A stretch of 64,000 nucleotides of DNA, taken from assembly GCF_004010195.1 (NCBI RefSeq), contig NC_057720.1, forward strand, positions 3,765,938 through 3,829,937, written 5' to 3'. The translations under genes were made by a program, and so were the position numbers. This document shows positions 27,440 through 41,891 of the stretch, piece after piece. Numbering within the stretch: the first letter of the stretch is position 1; each line of letters begins with the position of its first letter. The notes under the pieces were generated by a model. It was not told the DNA's origin. It did not search any database and saw only the letters and a list, made by a program, of their open reading frames with translations. The stretch comes from Chiloscyllium plagiosum. Taxonomy: Eukaryota.

Positions 27440-28106
27440 AGCTGAATAAGGTAGATAGGAGAGCGAAGAAGGTGTTTGGTATGCTTTCCTTTATTGGTCA
27501 GAGTATTGAGTACAGGAGTTTGGAGGTCATGTTGCGGCTGTACAGGACATTGGTCAGGCCACTGATGGAATATTGCGTGCAATTCTGGTCTCCTTCCTAT
27601 CGGAAAGATGTTGTGAAACTTGAAAGGGTTCAGAAAAGATTTACAAGGATGTTGCCAGGGTTGGAGGATTTGAGCTACAGGGAGAGGCTGAACAGGCTGG
27701 GGCTGTTTTACCTGGAGCGTCGGAGCCTGAGGGGTGACCTTATAGAGGTTTACAAAATTATGAGAGGCATGGATAGGATAAATAGGCAAAGTCTTATCCG
27801 TGGGGTCAGTGAGTCCAGAACTAGAGGGCATAGGTTTTGGGTGATAAGGGAAAGATATAAAAGAGATCTAAGGGGCAACTTTTTCCACACAGAGGGTGGT
27901 ACGTGTACGGAATGAGCTGCCAGAGGAAGCGCTGGAGGCTGGTACAATTGCAACATTTAAAAGGCATCTGGATGGGTATATGAATAGGAAGGGTTTGGAG
28001 GGATATGGGCCGGGTGCTGGCAGGTGGGACTAGATTGGGTTGGGATATCTGGTCAGCATGGACGGGTTGGACCAAAGAGTCTGTTTCCAAGCTGTATACC
28101 TCTATG
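27440..28106 (+). mobile_element. Relatively young CR1/HER1 3' end, preceded by a Penelope-type terminus (~27190-27440)
   Basis: ORF 27472-27915 reads LVRPLMEYCVQFWSP..LERVQKRFTRMLPG. Confidence 0.85.
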
Positions 28107-29152
28107 AATAACAAGTGATGGGATGACCTATAATCCAATTAAGTGCTGCTCCTGATGAAACTTGGTGTGAATTTTCTTTTCCCTGGGTAGCAGTCAGACA
28201 GGCAAATTGATCTTTTTCGGTGGTCTCATTGAGAGTTTAGATATTTATTCAGTTTGTGATGGTTTGAGGAAACGTGGGACATGATAATTGTACACTCTTC
28301 CTAATTAAATGTAACACAATCACTGAGTTCACCTGCTGGCCCTATGGGTCATCATTCCTGATGACAGCTTTGCCTTTTCATTTCAGATTTATTTCTTCAC
28401 TGAGTTCAAACTCCCAGTTATTGTGGTGGGATTTGAACTCACATCTTCCTAATCATTTGCCATCGAGATCATGAGCACAGCACCACCCAGTGGTAAATTC
28501 ACATAAATCATTAAATTATCTAGAGCCGCAGGTTAATATTCTGGAGAAAACAACAAATGCTGAAGATTACAGCAGGACGGGCAGCATTCACGGAGAGACA
28601 GCAAACTCACACTTCGAGTCTAGATGACTCTTCATCACTTTCAATTCCTCCATCGCAGGTGATGAAATTTGAATTTAATTTTAAAAATCTGGAACTGAAA
28701 GAATTTCAATCATTGTGAAGCATGGTTAAAAACTCCATTGGATTCATTAATGTACTTTAGGGAAAACATATCTGCCATCCTCACCTGGTCTGACCTACAC
28801 GTGACACACAGTGATGTGGCTGACTCTACTGCTTTAGAGTCACAGAAGTCTGTAGCACAAAAAATGATCCTTTGACCCATCAGATCTATGCTGGTCCAAA
28901 TCAATCACCTAATGATTCGAATCTCATTTGCCAGCACTTTGCCCATAGCCGTTGTGTGCCTTGGCATTGCCAAGTGCATCTCTAAATACTTTTTAAACAT
29001 TACCAGGGTTCTGCATCTACCCCCTCACCCTTTTAATGGGCCAGCAATGCAACTCATTTGAAGGCCAAGTGGTAATGGGCAACAAATTGTCAGTGACGCA
29101 CCCTCATCCCATGAAAGAATAACAAAACGTCTTGTATGAAATACTCACTTAC

Positions 29153-29275
29153 CTCAAAGTGGTCAGGCACCCAACATAAATCGGTAACAAAGGATTGGTG
29201 TCCATGTTCGATTGACGACACTGCGCAGTAGTGAGCAATGGGAACCTCACAGTGAGGTGCAGGGTCTAACTCAGG
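29153..29275 (-). CDS. DNAI3: DNAI3/WDR63 coding exon 6 in window, 123 bp, phase 0/0
   Basis: Acceptor ccccgcag|CCT and donor GAG|gtaagt. Translates PELDPAPHCEVPIAHYCAVSSIEHGHQSFVTDLCWVPDHFE. Confidence 0.93.
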
Positions 29276-29819
29276 CTGCGGGGAAATCACACACAAAAAG
29301 CTTTATCCAACACCTTGCATCTATACTTCCAAAAGAAGCATGAAATGTGGAACACTTTGACAAATGTCTTGATCAATCTGATGCTTCCAGCTGCCTGCCA
29401 CTTTAACACCCCTCCCTGGTTCCCTGGCCAACATCTCTGTCTCAGACTTGCTGCAGTGCTCCAGGGAATCTCAGTACAAGCTGGAAGAACCATATCTCCT
29501 TTTCCGTTTAGGAACTCTACAGCCTTCTGGACTCAATTCTAGGGCTTGAGGCACCTTCTCCCATGTTCATACCCCCACCCCCACACACCAGGCGTTGTTA
29601 CCACATGGTCTGCTATTGCACACAACCCATTGCTAGCCAATAATTGTCTCCATCAGTAACCATTCATTCTCCTTTATCTGTCCAATTTGTTCCCACCCTC
29701 CATCTATTGCTAAATCCTTATTCCTCTCCCACCCTATCTTCTGCATTAAAAAAACCAACTTTTTCTGAGCTGCCATCAGACCTGAAGGGTCACATGACCT
29801 GCAACAGTAACTCTGCTTT

Positions 29820-31860
29820 ATAGAATATAGAACAGTACAGGCCCTTCGGCCCTCAATGCTGTGCCGACCTTCTATCCGACTCTAAGATCAGACTAACCGA
29901 TAAATCTTTCATTGTACTATCCTCCATGTGCCTATCCAATAGTCGCTTAAATGCCCCTAATGTATCTGATTCTACTCCCACCGCTGGCAGTGCATTCCAT
30001 ACACCCACCACTCTCTGTGTAAAGAACCTCCCTCTGACATCTCCCCTAAACCTTCCTTCAATCACCTTAAAATTATGCCCCCTCCTGATAGCTATTTCCA
30101 CCCTGGGAAATAGTCTCTGGCTATCTGCTCTATCTAAGCCTTTCATCATCTTGTACATCTCTATCAAGTTGTCTCTCATCCTTCTTCTCTCCAATGAGAA
30201 AAGTCCTACCTCCCTCAACCTTTCTTCATAAGTCATGCCCTCCAGTCCAGGCAGCATCCTGGTAAATCCTCTCTGCACCCTCTCTAAAGCTTCCACATCC
30301 TTCCTATAATGAGGCGATCAGAACTGATCACAATTTCTAAGTGTAGTCTAACCAGGACTCTATAGAGCTGCAGCATAACCTCATGCTCTTAAACTCAATT
30401 CCCCACTAATGTAAGCCAATACACGGTGGCTCAGTGTTTAGCACTGCTGCCTTACAGTGCCAGGGATCCAGATTTGATTCCAGCCTTGGGCAACTCTACG
30501 TATGGAGTTTGCACATTTTCCCCGTGTCAGTGTGGGTTTCCTCCAAATGCTCCAGTTTCCTCCCACAATCCAAAGATGTGCAAGTTAGGTGAATTGGCTG
30601 TGCTAAATTGCCCATTGTGTTCAGGGATGTGTAAGCTAAGTGCATTAATCAGGGATAAATGTAGGTAATAGGGTAGAGGAATAGGCTTGGGTGGGATACT
30701 CTTCAGAGGGTCAGTGTGGACTTGTTGGGCTGAAGGGCCTGTTTCCATACTGTAGGAATTCTATGGATTCCATGGAAAACATATGCATTCTTAACAATCC
30801 TGTCAACTTGAATAACAACTTTGAGGGATCTATGGACGTGGACTGTAGGATCCCTCAAAGATCCCAAGTTCTTCTGCCAAGAATCCTGTCTTTAACCCTG
30901 TATTCAGCATTTAAATTCAACTTGCCAAATTGAATCACTTCACACTTGTTCAGGTTGAACTCCATCTGCCACTTATCAGCCCAGTTCTGCATCCTGTCAC
31001 TGTCTTATTGCAATCTACAACAGCACTCCACAATATTCACCACTCCACCAACCTTCGTGTCATCAGCAAACGTACTAACCTACCCTTCCACTTCCTCATC
31101 CAAGTCATTTATAAAAATCACAAAGGGCAGAGGTGCCAGAACAGATCCTTGCAGAACACCACTGGTCACAGAGCTCCAGTTTGAATATTTTACATAAATT
31201 ACCACCCTCTGTCTTCTATGGCGCAGACAGCCAAATTTCCCGGTATCCCATGCCTCCTTACTTTCTGAATGACCCTACCATGGGGAACCTTATCAAATGC
31301 CTTGCTAAAATCCACATACACCACATCCACTGCTCTACCTTCATCAATGTGTTTTGTCACATTCTTAAAGAATTCATTAAGGCTTATCTGCCCCTCACAA
31401 AGCCATGTTGACTATTTCTAATCAAACTATACTTTTCCAGCTAATCATAAATCCTGTCTCTCAGAATCCTCTCCAATAATTTGCACAACACTGATATAAG
31501 ACTGACTGGGCGGTAATTCCCAGGATTATCCCTATTCCTTTTCTTAAACAAAGGAATAACATTTGCCACCCTCCAATCATCTGGCACTACTCCAGTGCAC
31601 AGTGAGAACACAGAGGTCAGGGCCAAAGGCACACTAAACTCTTCCCTCACTTCCTGTAACATCCTAGGGTATATCCTGTCTGGCCCAGGCAATCTATCTA
31701 TGCTCATGTTTTTCAAAATTATCAGCATATTCTTCTTCTTAACATCAACCTGTTTGAGCATTCCAGCCTGTTTCATGCTGTCCTCACAAATGACAAAGTT
31801 CCTCTCAGTAGTGAATACTGAAGCAAAGTATTTATTTAGGACCTCCTCTACCTCCACCAA
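29820..31860 (-). mobile_element. CR1/HER1 LINE interrupted by an HE1 SINE
   Basis: ORFs 29853-30296 and 31441-31860 (VPDDWRVANVIPLFKK..PGNYRPVSL). Confidence 0.85.
30421..30770 (+). mobile_element. HE1-type V-SINE
   Basis: Head, V-domain and tail present. Confidence 0.85.
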
Positions 31861-31909
31861 CTATCTTTTCTAATTTAACAATATCTTTCCTATAGAACAG
31901 TGACCAGAA

Positions 31910-32265
31910 TTCATAGAATCCCTACAGTGTGTAATCAGGCTATTCAGCCCATTGGGTCCACTCTGATCCTCAGAATAGCATCTCACCCAGATCCACCCCC
32001 CTACCCTATTCCTGTAATCTCGCATTTCCCTTGGCTAATCCACATAACCTGCACATCCCTGGATACTATGGGCAATTTGGCATGGCCAATCCATCTAATC
32101 TGCATGTTTTTGGATTGTGGGAAGAAACCGGAGCACCCAGAGGAAACCCACACAGACACGGGGAGAATGTGCAAACTCCACACAGACAGTCACATGAGGC
32201 TGGATTGAAGCCATGGTGCTGGCACTGTGAGGCAGTGGTGCTAACCACTGAGGTACCATGCCACC
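31910..32265 (-). mobile_element. HE1-type V-SINE
   Basis: Head, V-domain and tail on the minus strand. Confidence 0.85.
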
Positions 32266-33699
32266 CTATTTGTTTACAGTATTCTAGAAGTGGCCTCACT
32301 GATGTCTCCTACAACTGCAACACGTTGTTCCCAACTCCCCTCCTCACTGCTCTGACCGGTGAGGACTGGTGAATTGGCTCCTTTCTTTCCAAACGCCTCA
32401 GTTGATTGTACGACAGGATCAATGATCAAGAGACCACACCACATTCCAATTAATCATTAAGTGATGAGACTTGATAGCATACACACTGAGAGGTTGTTTT
32501 ACTCTGGCCAAAGAATCAAGGACACAGGGGCACAGTTACATTTTATCTCTGGACCAGCCAGAATAGACTCAGAGAGTCTCCTCACTCCTAGGACTGGCTC
32601 TGAGCTGGCTGGTCAGAGTCCATGTACTGTGCACATGTAAATAAAGGGTGACTTGGTGACAGGCTATTGGCCTCTGGAATTATTTCACATACCAACAGTT
32701 ACAAGAATAATGTATATGAATTGGAAGGAAGATCAAATAAAGTTCTATTTGTATGAAGGTGTATAATGGAGTCTTTCAACTGGTTGGCGTGAACTCTCTC
32801 TATACTATCACTGTACGAGCTGTTACTGTAATCATCAATTAAATGGTGTGATTGAACTAACCATGACCTGAAGGCACAAGAAACACCTGGAAAGGTAACA
32901 CCTGTGCTTAGGATGCCTTCACTGAGTCAGTCATATCTGAGGGGTTAAAACCACATGGCATGTCAAATGTTTTGAATGAATGTGGAAATTTCTCATGAGA
33001 ACCTGGACAAAGAATAATCACTTCAAAGGATAATATTTGTAAATAGCCTTTGTAAACCATATAAAGGTGCACAATCATGTTTTTATTTGATACAAGATAA
33101 ATTTCTCCATGACAATCAGTCACAATCACAGTTCAATTCAAATTCAATATGCTCTGTTTCTCAAACAGAGCTTTTATGTGGCATTAATTAAGCAGATCCA
33201 CAATTTAAAAGACTGACAAGATGAGGCATGTGATTGTCAATCTGATTGTTGGTACTAAATAAAGTCACTATAGTCCTAACATACCATAATCCTGCTCTCT
33301 GATTAGAGAGAGGAACAACTGGTGGTGGTTTAACCTGAGGGTCACCATGCCTCAGGCAAGGAGAGAGATTGAAAAAGAGAATCCTCAACTAGTGTGAGGA
33401 TTGACACAGAGGTCTCGTCAACTGAGCAAACTGACCCCTTACATTTAGCAGATCTGGAACAGAAGAGAGTGAATTTATAGAAAAAGGTAAGTGTTGCAGA
33501 GGACATTAGTTCATACTCTACCTGGAGGACTAAGTTCAGTGCAGTTCAGCGGTAATAGTTCAGGAAGGCAACTCACCACCAGGGGCAATTAGGGATGGGC
33601 TATAAATATTGGCTGGCCATTGAGGTCCACATTCAAATGAACAGTCAGAGGGCATCTGCCATCCAATGAAAATGTGGGGCTCTCAAAACTGCTGGCCAA

Positions 33700-34180
33700 T
33701 CAAAGGGAACTTATACAAGACCAGCATTAAAGGAGACTTGATATATCAGAGGCATGAGGAGTTGAAGGAGATTATGGAGTTAGGGAGGGAGGGAGGGAGG
33801 GTCAGAGCAATGCCATGGGGCGGGAGAGTAGGGGAGGTTTGAAAATAAGGATGAAATTGTAAAATTAAGTGACTGGTTGATGTGGAGCCAGCGAGCAGAG
33901 GGGGTGATAGGAAAATGGACTTGGTATGAATTTGAACGTAAGGAGCAAGGTTTTAGATGACCTCGATTTTACAGAGGATTGAAAATGTGAAATCAGCCAG
34001 AAATATATTAAAATAGTCAACTTGAGAGGTAACAAAGGAATGAATGAGGTTCCAGTAGCAAGTGAGCTGAAGCTGACAATGTTACAGACATGGAGATAGA
34101 TCACTGCAGTGATGCTGCTAATAATGGGAACAGGGGACAGACAATGATGAAGATAAAATGTCTCTTGCAATTGACCTGAG
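33700..34180 (-). mobile_element. Probable L2-type LINE remnant
   Basis: Highly decayed; ORF 33865-34233 has L2-like 3' features (LLLTFK..PFSYH). Weak support. Confidence 0.4.
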
Positions 34181-34464
34181 GAACCAGAAATACAAAATAC
34201 TGGGAAAATGTACAAGTGGCAAGAAAAGTACAAGGGAAGATTGCCGGTTTGGTCTTAGCAAAAAAACAGAAGTTTATTACACTGAAAAAAATGAAGATAA
34301 ATAGAACAAGCAAAACCATTTCCATAAATCACATGTTTAAAACTTCAAAATACACAGTAAAAATATAACTTCATTAATCCCAAAAGCACCTCTTAAAAGT
34401 ACTCCCACTGGAGATAATTCACTTCTCTATAACCCCATAGGACTGAATTCAATTTGCATTTTTG

Positions 34465-35025
34465 AGAATATAGAACATAGAACATAGAAAGGTGCAGCAC
34501 AGAACAGGCCCGTCGGCCCACGATGTTGTGCCGAGGATTATTCCTAATAAAAAAAAAACTAACCTACGCGCCCTTCAATTCACTGCTGTCTATGTGCATG
34601 TCCAGCAGTCGCTTAAGTGTCCCTAATGACTCTGCTTCCACCACCACCGCTGGCAACGCATTCCATGCATTCACAACTTTCTGTGTAAAGAACCTTCCTC
34701 TGACATCCCCTCTATACCTTCCTCCTAACACCTTAAAACTATGACCCCTCATGCCAGTCAATTCTGACCTGGGGAAAAGTCTCTGGCTATCCACTCTAAG
34801 GGCCTTTCATTACCTTATACACCTCGATCAAGTCACCTCTCTTCCTCCTTCTCTCCAGAGAGAGAAGTCTGACCTTAGCCAATCTCTCTTTGTAAGACAA
34901 GCCCTCCAGTCCAGGCAGCTTCCTGGTAAACCTTCTTTGCACCCTCTCCAAAGCCTTCACATTTTTCCTATAATAGGTTGACCAGAACTGGACACAATAT
35001 TCCAAGTGTGGTCTCACCAGGGTTT
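34465..35025 (-). mobile_element. CR1/HER1 3' end
   Basis: ORFs 34796-35017 (RPHLEYCVQFWS) and 34564-34794 (FFTQKVVNAWNALP), with a (TTCTATG)n tail. Confidence 0.85.
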
Positions 35026-35165
35026 ATGACAGCCCATCACTAGGACTTGATACAACTGAGCTTAAATAGTCTCAGCTTGAAATAACCTCTTAGAGTTTTA
35101 ATCAAATATTTCCAGTTTGGAACTTTTAATCAACTCTTTCTACTGTGGACATCTATTCATTACAA

Positions 35166-35317
35166 AGAGGTAAAAACAATGACTGCAGATGCTGGAAACC
35201 AGATTCTGGATTAGTGGTGCTTTATTCCTGATGAAGGGCTTTTGCCTGAAACGTCGATTTCGAAGCTCCTTGGATGTTGCCTGAACTGCTGTGCTCTTCC
35301 AGCACCACTAATCCAGA
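35166..35317. mobile_element. Penelope-derived mini-insertion with hammerhead motif
   Basis: 15-bp TSD atctattcattacaa (35151-35165 and 35318-35332); hammerhead core at 35228-35256. Confidence 0.8.
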
Positions 35318-35440
35318 ATCTATTCATTACAATTCCAACTAACTTCCTTTCTCAGAAGCAACTGATTTACACACCCAGCTTCAGCCAAGAAATGCGTAAA
35401 CTGAAAACATAAGAAAAATTCCCCAAACCACAAGTGTTGG

Positions 35441-35760
35441 TGGGCGGCACGGTGGCCCACCAACCGGAGACCCGGGTTCAATTCCCGCCTCAGGCGACTG
35501 ACTGTGTGGAGTTTGCACGTTCTCCCCGTGTCTGCGTGGATTTCCTCCGGGTACTCCGGTTTCCTCCCACAGTCCAAAGATGTGCAGGGTCAGGTGAATT
35601 GGCCATGCTAAATTGCCCGTAGTGTTAGGTAAGGGGTAAATGTAGGGGTATGGGTGGGTTTCGCTTCGTCGGGTCGGTGTGGACTTGTTGGGCCGAAGGG
35701 CCTGTTTCCACACTGTAATATAATCTAATGTAATCTAATCTAATATAATCTAATCTAATG
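35441..35760 (+). mobile_element. HE1-type V-SINE, young (CpG-rich)
   Basis: V-domain, tail and (TAATC)n end. Confidence 0.9.
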
Positions 35761-37069
35761 TAAAAACCGAAACAAAAGTCAATCGTTGAACTTCTAAATA
35801 GGAATCTAATACACAACTGTTTACTTTGATCACTCATAAAATTATCCCAATGCAAATAAACAAACCCATTACTCTCCAGGAAGTGTTTCTCTCACACTGT
35901 ATTTAAAAAGAAAATCATCATGGCTACAGAAATACTTGTAAATTAATCATTAAACCCATTCAGACACACAGAAAACCCATATACCACTAGTTCAAATTCA
36001 AAAATCCAAACTGAAAAAGACACATTAAAAGTATATCTAAACTACCTGCCTTCCAGTACATAGGTCTGATAGGTTGTGCATGCTTCCATCAGTATAGAGT
36101 TTCTTTCGGGGCTTATGTGGTTGAGTGTTTGTGAGAGTAGCCACAGTCCTGTCTAATGGGACATCTTGTGGAGTAAACAAGATGTAGTTAATTGTATTTC
36201 TGCTTGTATGCACAGATTATAAGAATAGACTCTACTTTATTACAAAGAATGGTGGGAGCACTGAGCCTTAAATCTGTTTTCCACGAGATCTTACTTTACT
36301 CTCTCAACAAACCCACATGACATTATCATGGTAGGAAGAACTTATTGCACTCAAAAAAATACTAAGCCCTTCAGAGCCTTGTAAACTCAAACAACTTTAA
36401 CCACATTAAAGGTTGCTGTCTCGAAAAATAAACTATTCTGCCAGTGATTGTGTTGGTTCACGGAAGGTTCTGGAGATCTAATTTCTGGCCTCACCATCTG
36501 AAGAGTCAATTGGTCACAGATCCAGTGATGTCAGGATCTCACAGTCAATTATCATTCAGAGGAGCTTTAATATGTTAGAGATAAGACTCGGTTTTACCCT
36601 CTCATATTGGATCACAGATAGGCTGAGGATGTGCAGGAAAGCCATTTGCTGAGGGGAGCTGCCAATATCTGCCTTGAGTTCAAATCTCATCATGGCAGCT
36701 GAGAAAAAGTAAATTCCTCATGTAAAACCAGCTGCTTTGATCCATCTGCACTCACATACTTGCACTTTGATGTCTCACAGGCATCACAGTAATTCCCAAA
36801 CTAATTGTAAAATGTGGACAGAACACAGCAGCAATGATAATCCATCTGTAAATCTCCGTGATAATAGAGTCCCCAGTTCCAATGAATAGGTGGCTAACTA
36901 ATTGTCAGAAAATGTTACAATGCTGCTCGGAAGAGACCACATCATTTCACAGTCACCAGAAGAACTAATTGCAGACTGATTGCATTTATTGCTGTGTGTA
37001 CCTGCATCCTAGTGTCAAGTTCCTAGGAGTGACACAGACTGATAGCCTGTCCTGATAGCCCATGTAGAA

Positions 37070-37665
37070 GTGACGGTCAAGAAGGCACAACAACACCTCG
37101 CCTTCCCCAGGTGGCTCAGGAAATTTGGCATGTCCATAAGGACCCTCAACAATGTTTACAGATGCACCATCAAAGGCGTACTGTCTGGGTGCATAACGGC
37201 CTGGTATGGCAACTGCTCTGCCCAGTACCGTAAGATACTATAGAAGGTGGTGTGCACAGCCCACACCATCATAGAAGCCAACTTTCTATCCCTTTACACA
37301 GTTTGGTGCTGCAGAAAGGCTGCCAACATCATCAAAGACCCTCCCATCCCAGTAATGATCTCTGACAACCTCCTCTATCAGGCAAGAGATACAGAAGCCT
37401 GAACACACACATCAGCAGGTTCAGGAACAGTTTCTTCCTGGCCTTTATTAGACTGATGAATGGTCTCTGTAACTTCAAATAATGCTGATCTTGCTAGTGT
37501 TGATCTCACCTAGCATACGCCCTGTGCAATGTAGCCTGTATGCCTCTAAGTTTTTTATTCACCCTATGCTCTCTATGTCCTTGCTTACTATGATCTGCCT
37601 GTACTGCTCGTAAACAAAGCTTTTCACTGTATTTAGGTACATGTGACAATAAATCAAATCAAATT
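37070..37665 (+). mobile_element. Rex1/Babar-like LINE 3' fragment (other pieces 38460-38890 +, 7660-7870 -, 60960-61095 -)
   Basis: Encodes VKKAQQHL..LRKFGMS..YRCTIK..LSGCITAWYGNCSAQ, with tail tacatgtgacaataaatcaaatcaaat. Confidence 0.7.
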
Positions 37666-39703
37666 AAATAATTCAAAATTTAATGTCAATACTTGTTTGC
37701 TATTAGGAATGCACTTCAGGGGAACAGACACGGTTATTGTCGACAGATTCAGTCAGGTGAGACTAACTTAACTTACACACTTACAGACAGCAATGGCCCA
37801 CAGACTTAGTCGCTAAGTTTCATAAATTATGTAAAACCACTTCCAAACACTGCAACCATGAAAAGTTGGTGTAATTAATAATGATTGTGAGAACTATCCT
37901 CGATTGTTGTAAAAACCCATGTGATTCACTCATGCTCTTCAGAGAGGGAAATCTGCTGCCTTGACCTGGTACAGCCTACATGTCACTCCAGACCCACAGG
38001 AATGTCATAAATCCTTATAATAAAACAAAGAAATGTGGATGCTGGAAATCTGAACCAAAAATAAAAATTGCTGGAGAAACTCAGTCGGTTTGGCAACATC
38101 TATGGGAAGACATCAGAGTTAATGTTTGGAGTCCAGTGACTGATCTTTAGAACTGATAAAACAATGATACAGAATTTGAACTGTTAACCCTGTTTCCCTC
38201 TGCACAGATGCTTCACAAACCCTTAATTCCCATTGCATTGGCTAAAAAAAAAGCTCACGGCCAGCTTCCTCCAGGAATTAGGAGCAGGCAATAAATATTG
38301 GTTAGCCAGCAATGTTCATAAGCTTTAAATAAGAATAAGAAAACCATGATTTTAAGGGAAAGAGAGAAGTTGAAGGGAGAGTGAAAAGAGTTGGAGGGAT
38401 GTGGAACAGAGTCCCAGAGTGTATGTATGGTGCTCACAAGCAAGAGAGACAGGGTGAGAGAATGTAAGACACTACAGAGAGTCGTGACCACAGTCCAGTC
38501 CACCACGCAAGATAACCTTCCATCCATTGACTCCATCTACACTTCCCACTGCCTGAGGAAGGCAGCCAACATCATCAAAGACCCCTCCCACCCCGGTTAT
38601 AATCTCTTCCAATCTCTTCTATCAGGCAGAAGATACAAAAGCTGAACCATACGTACTAACAGATTCAAGAACAGCTTCTTCCCCACTATCATTAGACTTC
38701 TGAATGGACCTCTTTAAATTTCAAGTTTAACGTTGACCTCGCTCTCTGTGCAGCCGTAACATCATATTCCTCGCTCTGTTCTATTACCCTTATATATTTT
38801 GTATGGTATGATCTGTCAGTACTGCACGCAAAACAAAACCTTTCACTGTACCGAGGTACATGTGACAAGAATAAATCAAATCAAATCAAAAAATGAAAGA
38901 CAGATGATGGCTGGTAGCTCACTTAGTGAAGAGACAGAAATGCTTGAGGGTCTGGGACCTTTGTACTGTATATAATTTTTTTTGCCATGCTAGACTCAGC
39001 TGTTACCCTGTAAAGGAGAATCTTCCCAGCTTCAGTAAAGCACAGTGCTGCACAGATGGGGAACTGTGGACTGAAGTCAAGTACAATCTGTAACCATTTC
39101 CACACTGCGCCCTGCTGTCATTTCCTGTAAAAATCAATAAACACTGAGGCCTCCCACACTAAAATCCTGTGGCTCCTTTTTAAGTGGGTTTGCACAATTG
39201 CCAAGAATAACTATGGAACACATATAATTCCCTTGTGCTTTTGCAAGAAGGTTGGATCTGTCCCTTAAATTTAATGCACATTCTTTTCAGAGTACTTCTT
39301 ACTCAGAAAACCTATTGTGTTCAGAGGCAGCTGGCACAAACATGGTTTTTACTTCATGTTTGCTAACTCTCTCAGCGTTGATGTGTCACAGTGCCTCTGT
39401 TTTGCCTTCTCCTTCGTTCTGTGCTTTGCCGCCTCATTGAGGAACCAGTGGGGTCTCAGTGCCCCCCTGTGTTGTCTTGCTGTTTCATTCAGACACAAAG
39501 CCAGGCAGCTTGTCCTTTTTGGCGGCAGAGATTAGGTGACGGGGTGGATGTGCTGCTGTGTAGCACCGAGCCCTGTCAATCTCACCCCTGCAGCATGTGA
39601 CAGTCACTGATGCTCTAAACGTGCTTCAGTCAAGGAGGAGTCCTCAGTCAGCTTAAGAGGGACTTCTGACAGTTGGGGTGTTTCCACAGTCAGTCAATGG
39701 CAG

Positions 39704-39881
39704 TGAAATAACTGCACAGAGGCCGGTATCCTGACACCAAGTCACCCAGCCAGCTCAAAGCCAGACTGAGGAGACTCTCTATATCTGTCAGCCAGGGCTC
39801 CCTGAATGGTCTGGGATAACAACACCAATCAGGGATCTCCTAGTCAGTGAGATCCACCTGTCCATGACTCCAATCACTGCA
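39704..39881 (-). mobile_element. Short solo LTR, same family as 61284-63264, without the inserted array
   Basis: TG...TATTTCA termini on the minus strand, flanks ggcag/ggcgg (5-bp TSD, one mismatch). Confidence 0.7.
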
Positions 39882-40169
39882 GGCGGCTTCTGATTTCAAC
39901 CCAGGGACTTGGTTAATCAGCTGTTTAGGGCTGTTTCCTGATGAAAAACTTATGCCCGAATCGTTGATTCTCCTGCTCCTCGGATGCTGCCTGACTGGCT
40001 GTGATTTTCCAGCACCACACTCTCGAGGCTGTTTGAGGTAGTCAGGGTCAGGGATTCTGTATCACTGCAGTCCATGGATTGAGCCATAACTGATCCATCA
40101 GGTCCCTGTAAAGGATTCATGGTAGGTTGGGCCACACAGAGATCACTCAGCAGCACGGTCAATCATCTA

Positions 40170-40875
40170 TCAGAATAGAGATGTAGACTATTTTCTGAAC
40201 AGCGGAAAGCTTTGGAAATCTGAAGCACACAGGGTTTAGGAACCTAGTTTAGGATGCAGGTCCAGTTGGCAATTAAGAAGTGAAATGCAATGTTAGTATT
40301 CATTGAGAGGGCTAGAATACAAGATCAAGGATGCACTGCTGAGGTTGTATAAGGCTCTGGTCAGACCGTTTGGAATATTGTGAGCAGTTTTGGGTCCCGT
40401 ATCTAAGGAAGGATGTGCTGGAGTTGGGGGGTGGGGGGGGGGGGTGTTGTTACGAGAATGATCCCAGTGGTGTAGGACTTGCCCCGGTGGTTGAGGACTT
40501 TGGGTCAAAACATGATGGAGTTTAAAAGGATGAGGGGAAATCTGATTAAACCCTTCAGAATACTGAGAGGCCTGGATAGAGTGAATGTGGAGAGACTATG
40601 GCCTGAGGGTACAGCCTCAGAGTGAAGGGATGACCCCTTAGAACCGAGATGAGGAGGAGAGTGGCGATGTGTGGAACTCATTGCTGCAGAGAGCTGTAGA
40701 GGCCAAGTCATTAAGTGTATTTAACTCAGAGATAGATAGGTTCTTGAATAGTAAGGCGTTCAAGTGTTACAGGGAGGAGGCAGGAGAATGGGGTTGAAAC
40801 ACCTAACAGCCATGATTGAATGGCAGAGTAGACTCGATAGGCTGAATGGCCTAATTCTGTTTGTTTATCTTATGA
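40170..40875 (+). mobile_element. Degenerate CR1-type LINE 3' part
   Basis: ctgaggttgtataaggctctggtcagacc..ttggaatattgtgagcagttttggg motif. Confidence 0.7.
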
Positions 40876-41891
40876 TCATTAACAGGGCTGTTCATGCAAA
40901 TAAGAAGGACACGGTCAGTCCTGGAGGACAGTCAATGTACGTCATGAGTGGGGGAATGGAGGGTGGGTGGGTTATCAGGGATCTTTGCTGCGGTAAAGAA
41001 GGTGGGGAAGTGAGTTGTAGGGATTGGCAGCACACTGGGATGCAGAGAGGTGGGGCAGGGGACATATATGGGAGACATGATGGGAGACTATTGGATTGGA
41101 TGACATGGGTTACTATATGATTGGCTGGGTTATCGACAGTCACAACACCCAGACTTCAGCTGGGGACAGTGCAGCTGGATTGTTGGAATGGTTAAACTTA
41201 GGGCCGAAGGTCAGGAGATGGTTTTCAGAAAGGAAGACTTATATTAAAGAGTAGGGTGGAAATGTGCAGTGGAAACACAACATTGAATTCACAGGGTGTG
41301 CAAGGAAGGAACATGGACAGTTGGGTCAGGGAGGGATGTGAGGGTCTGGATTGTCAGGCTGAAACAGTGATTCATTCTGCCGAGCATGAACTGTTTTGTT
41401 TTTATTGTTCATTCACAGAGAGAGAGCATCACTGGCTAGGCCAGCATTTATTGCCCATCCCTAATTGCCCAGAGGCCAGTTAAGGGTTAACCACATTGCT
41501 GTGGGTCTAGAGTCACATATAAGCCATACCAGGTAAGACAGCAGTTTCCTTCCCTAAAGAACATTAGTGAACCAGATGGGTTTTTCCCGATAATTGACAA
41601 TGGATTCACGTCATCATTAGACTCCTAATTGCAGATTTTCACTGAATTGAAATTCCACCATCTGCCGTGGGGGATTGTGAACCTGTATCCCCAGGGATTC
41701 TGGATTAACGGTTCAGTGATAATACCACTCGGGTGTCACCCCCCCCCCACTGTGTTGTTTTCAAGACTAATCTTAATCACAAATGTATGACAGACATGGA
41801 AATGGCTATGACCACACCTGGAGTTGGCTGTATAAGTATTGTTTTTCTGTCAGAGCAGGTGAGTTCAACTTGTGTGACACTGTCCAAGAGG

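Noticed and set aside
38923..39105. Possible extra DNAI3 exon (LQIVLDFSPQF...)
   Set aside because: No resemblance to the protein. The real VVLWD exon is at 44697-44786, and the chain is complete without it.
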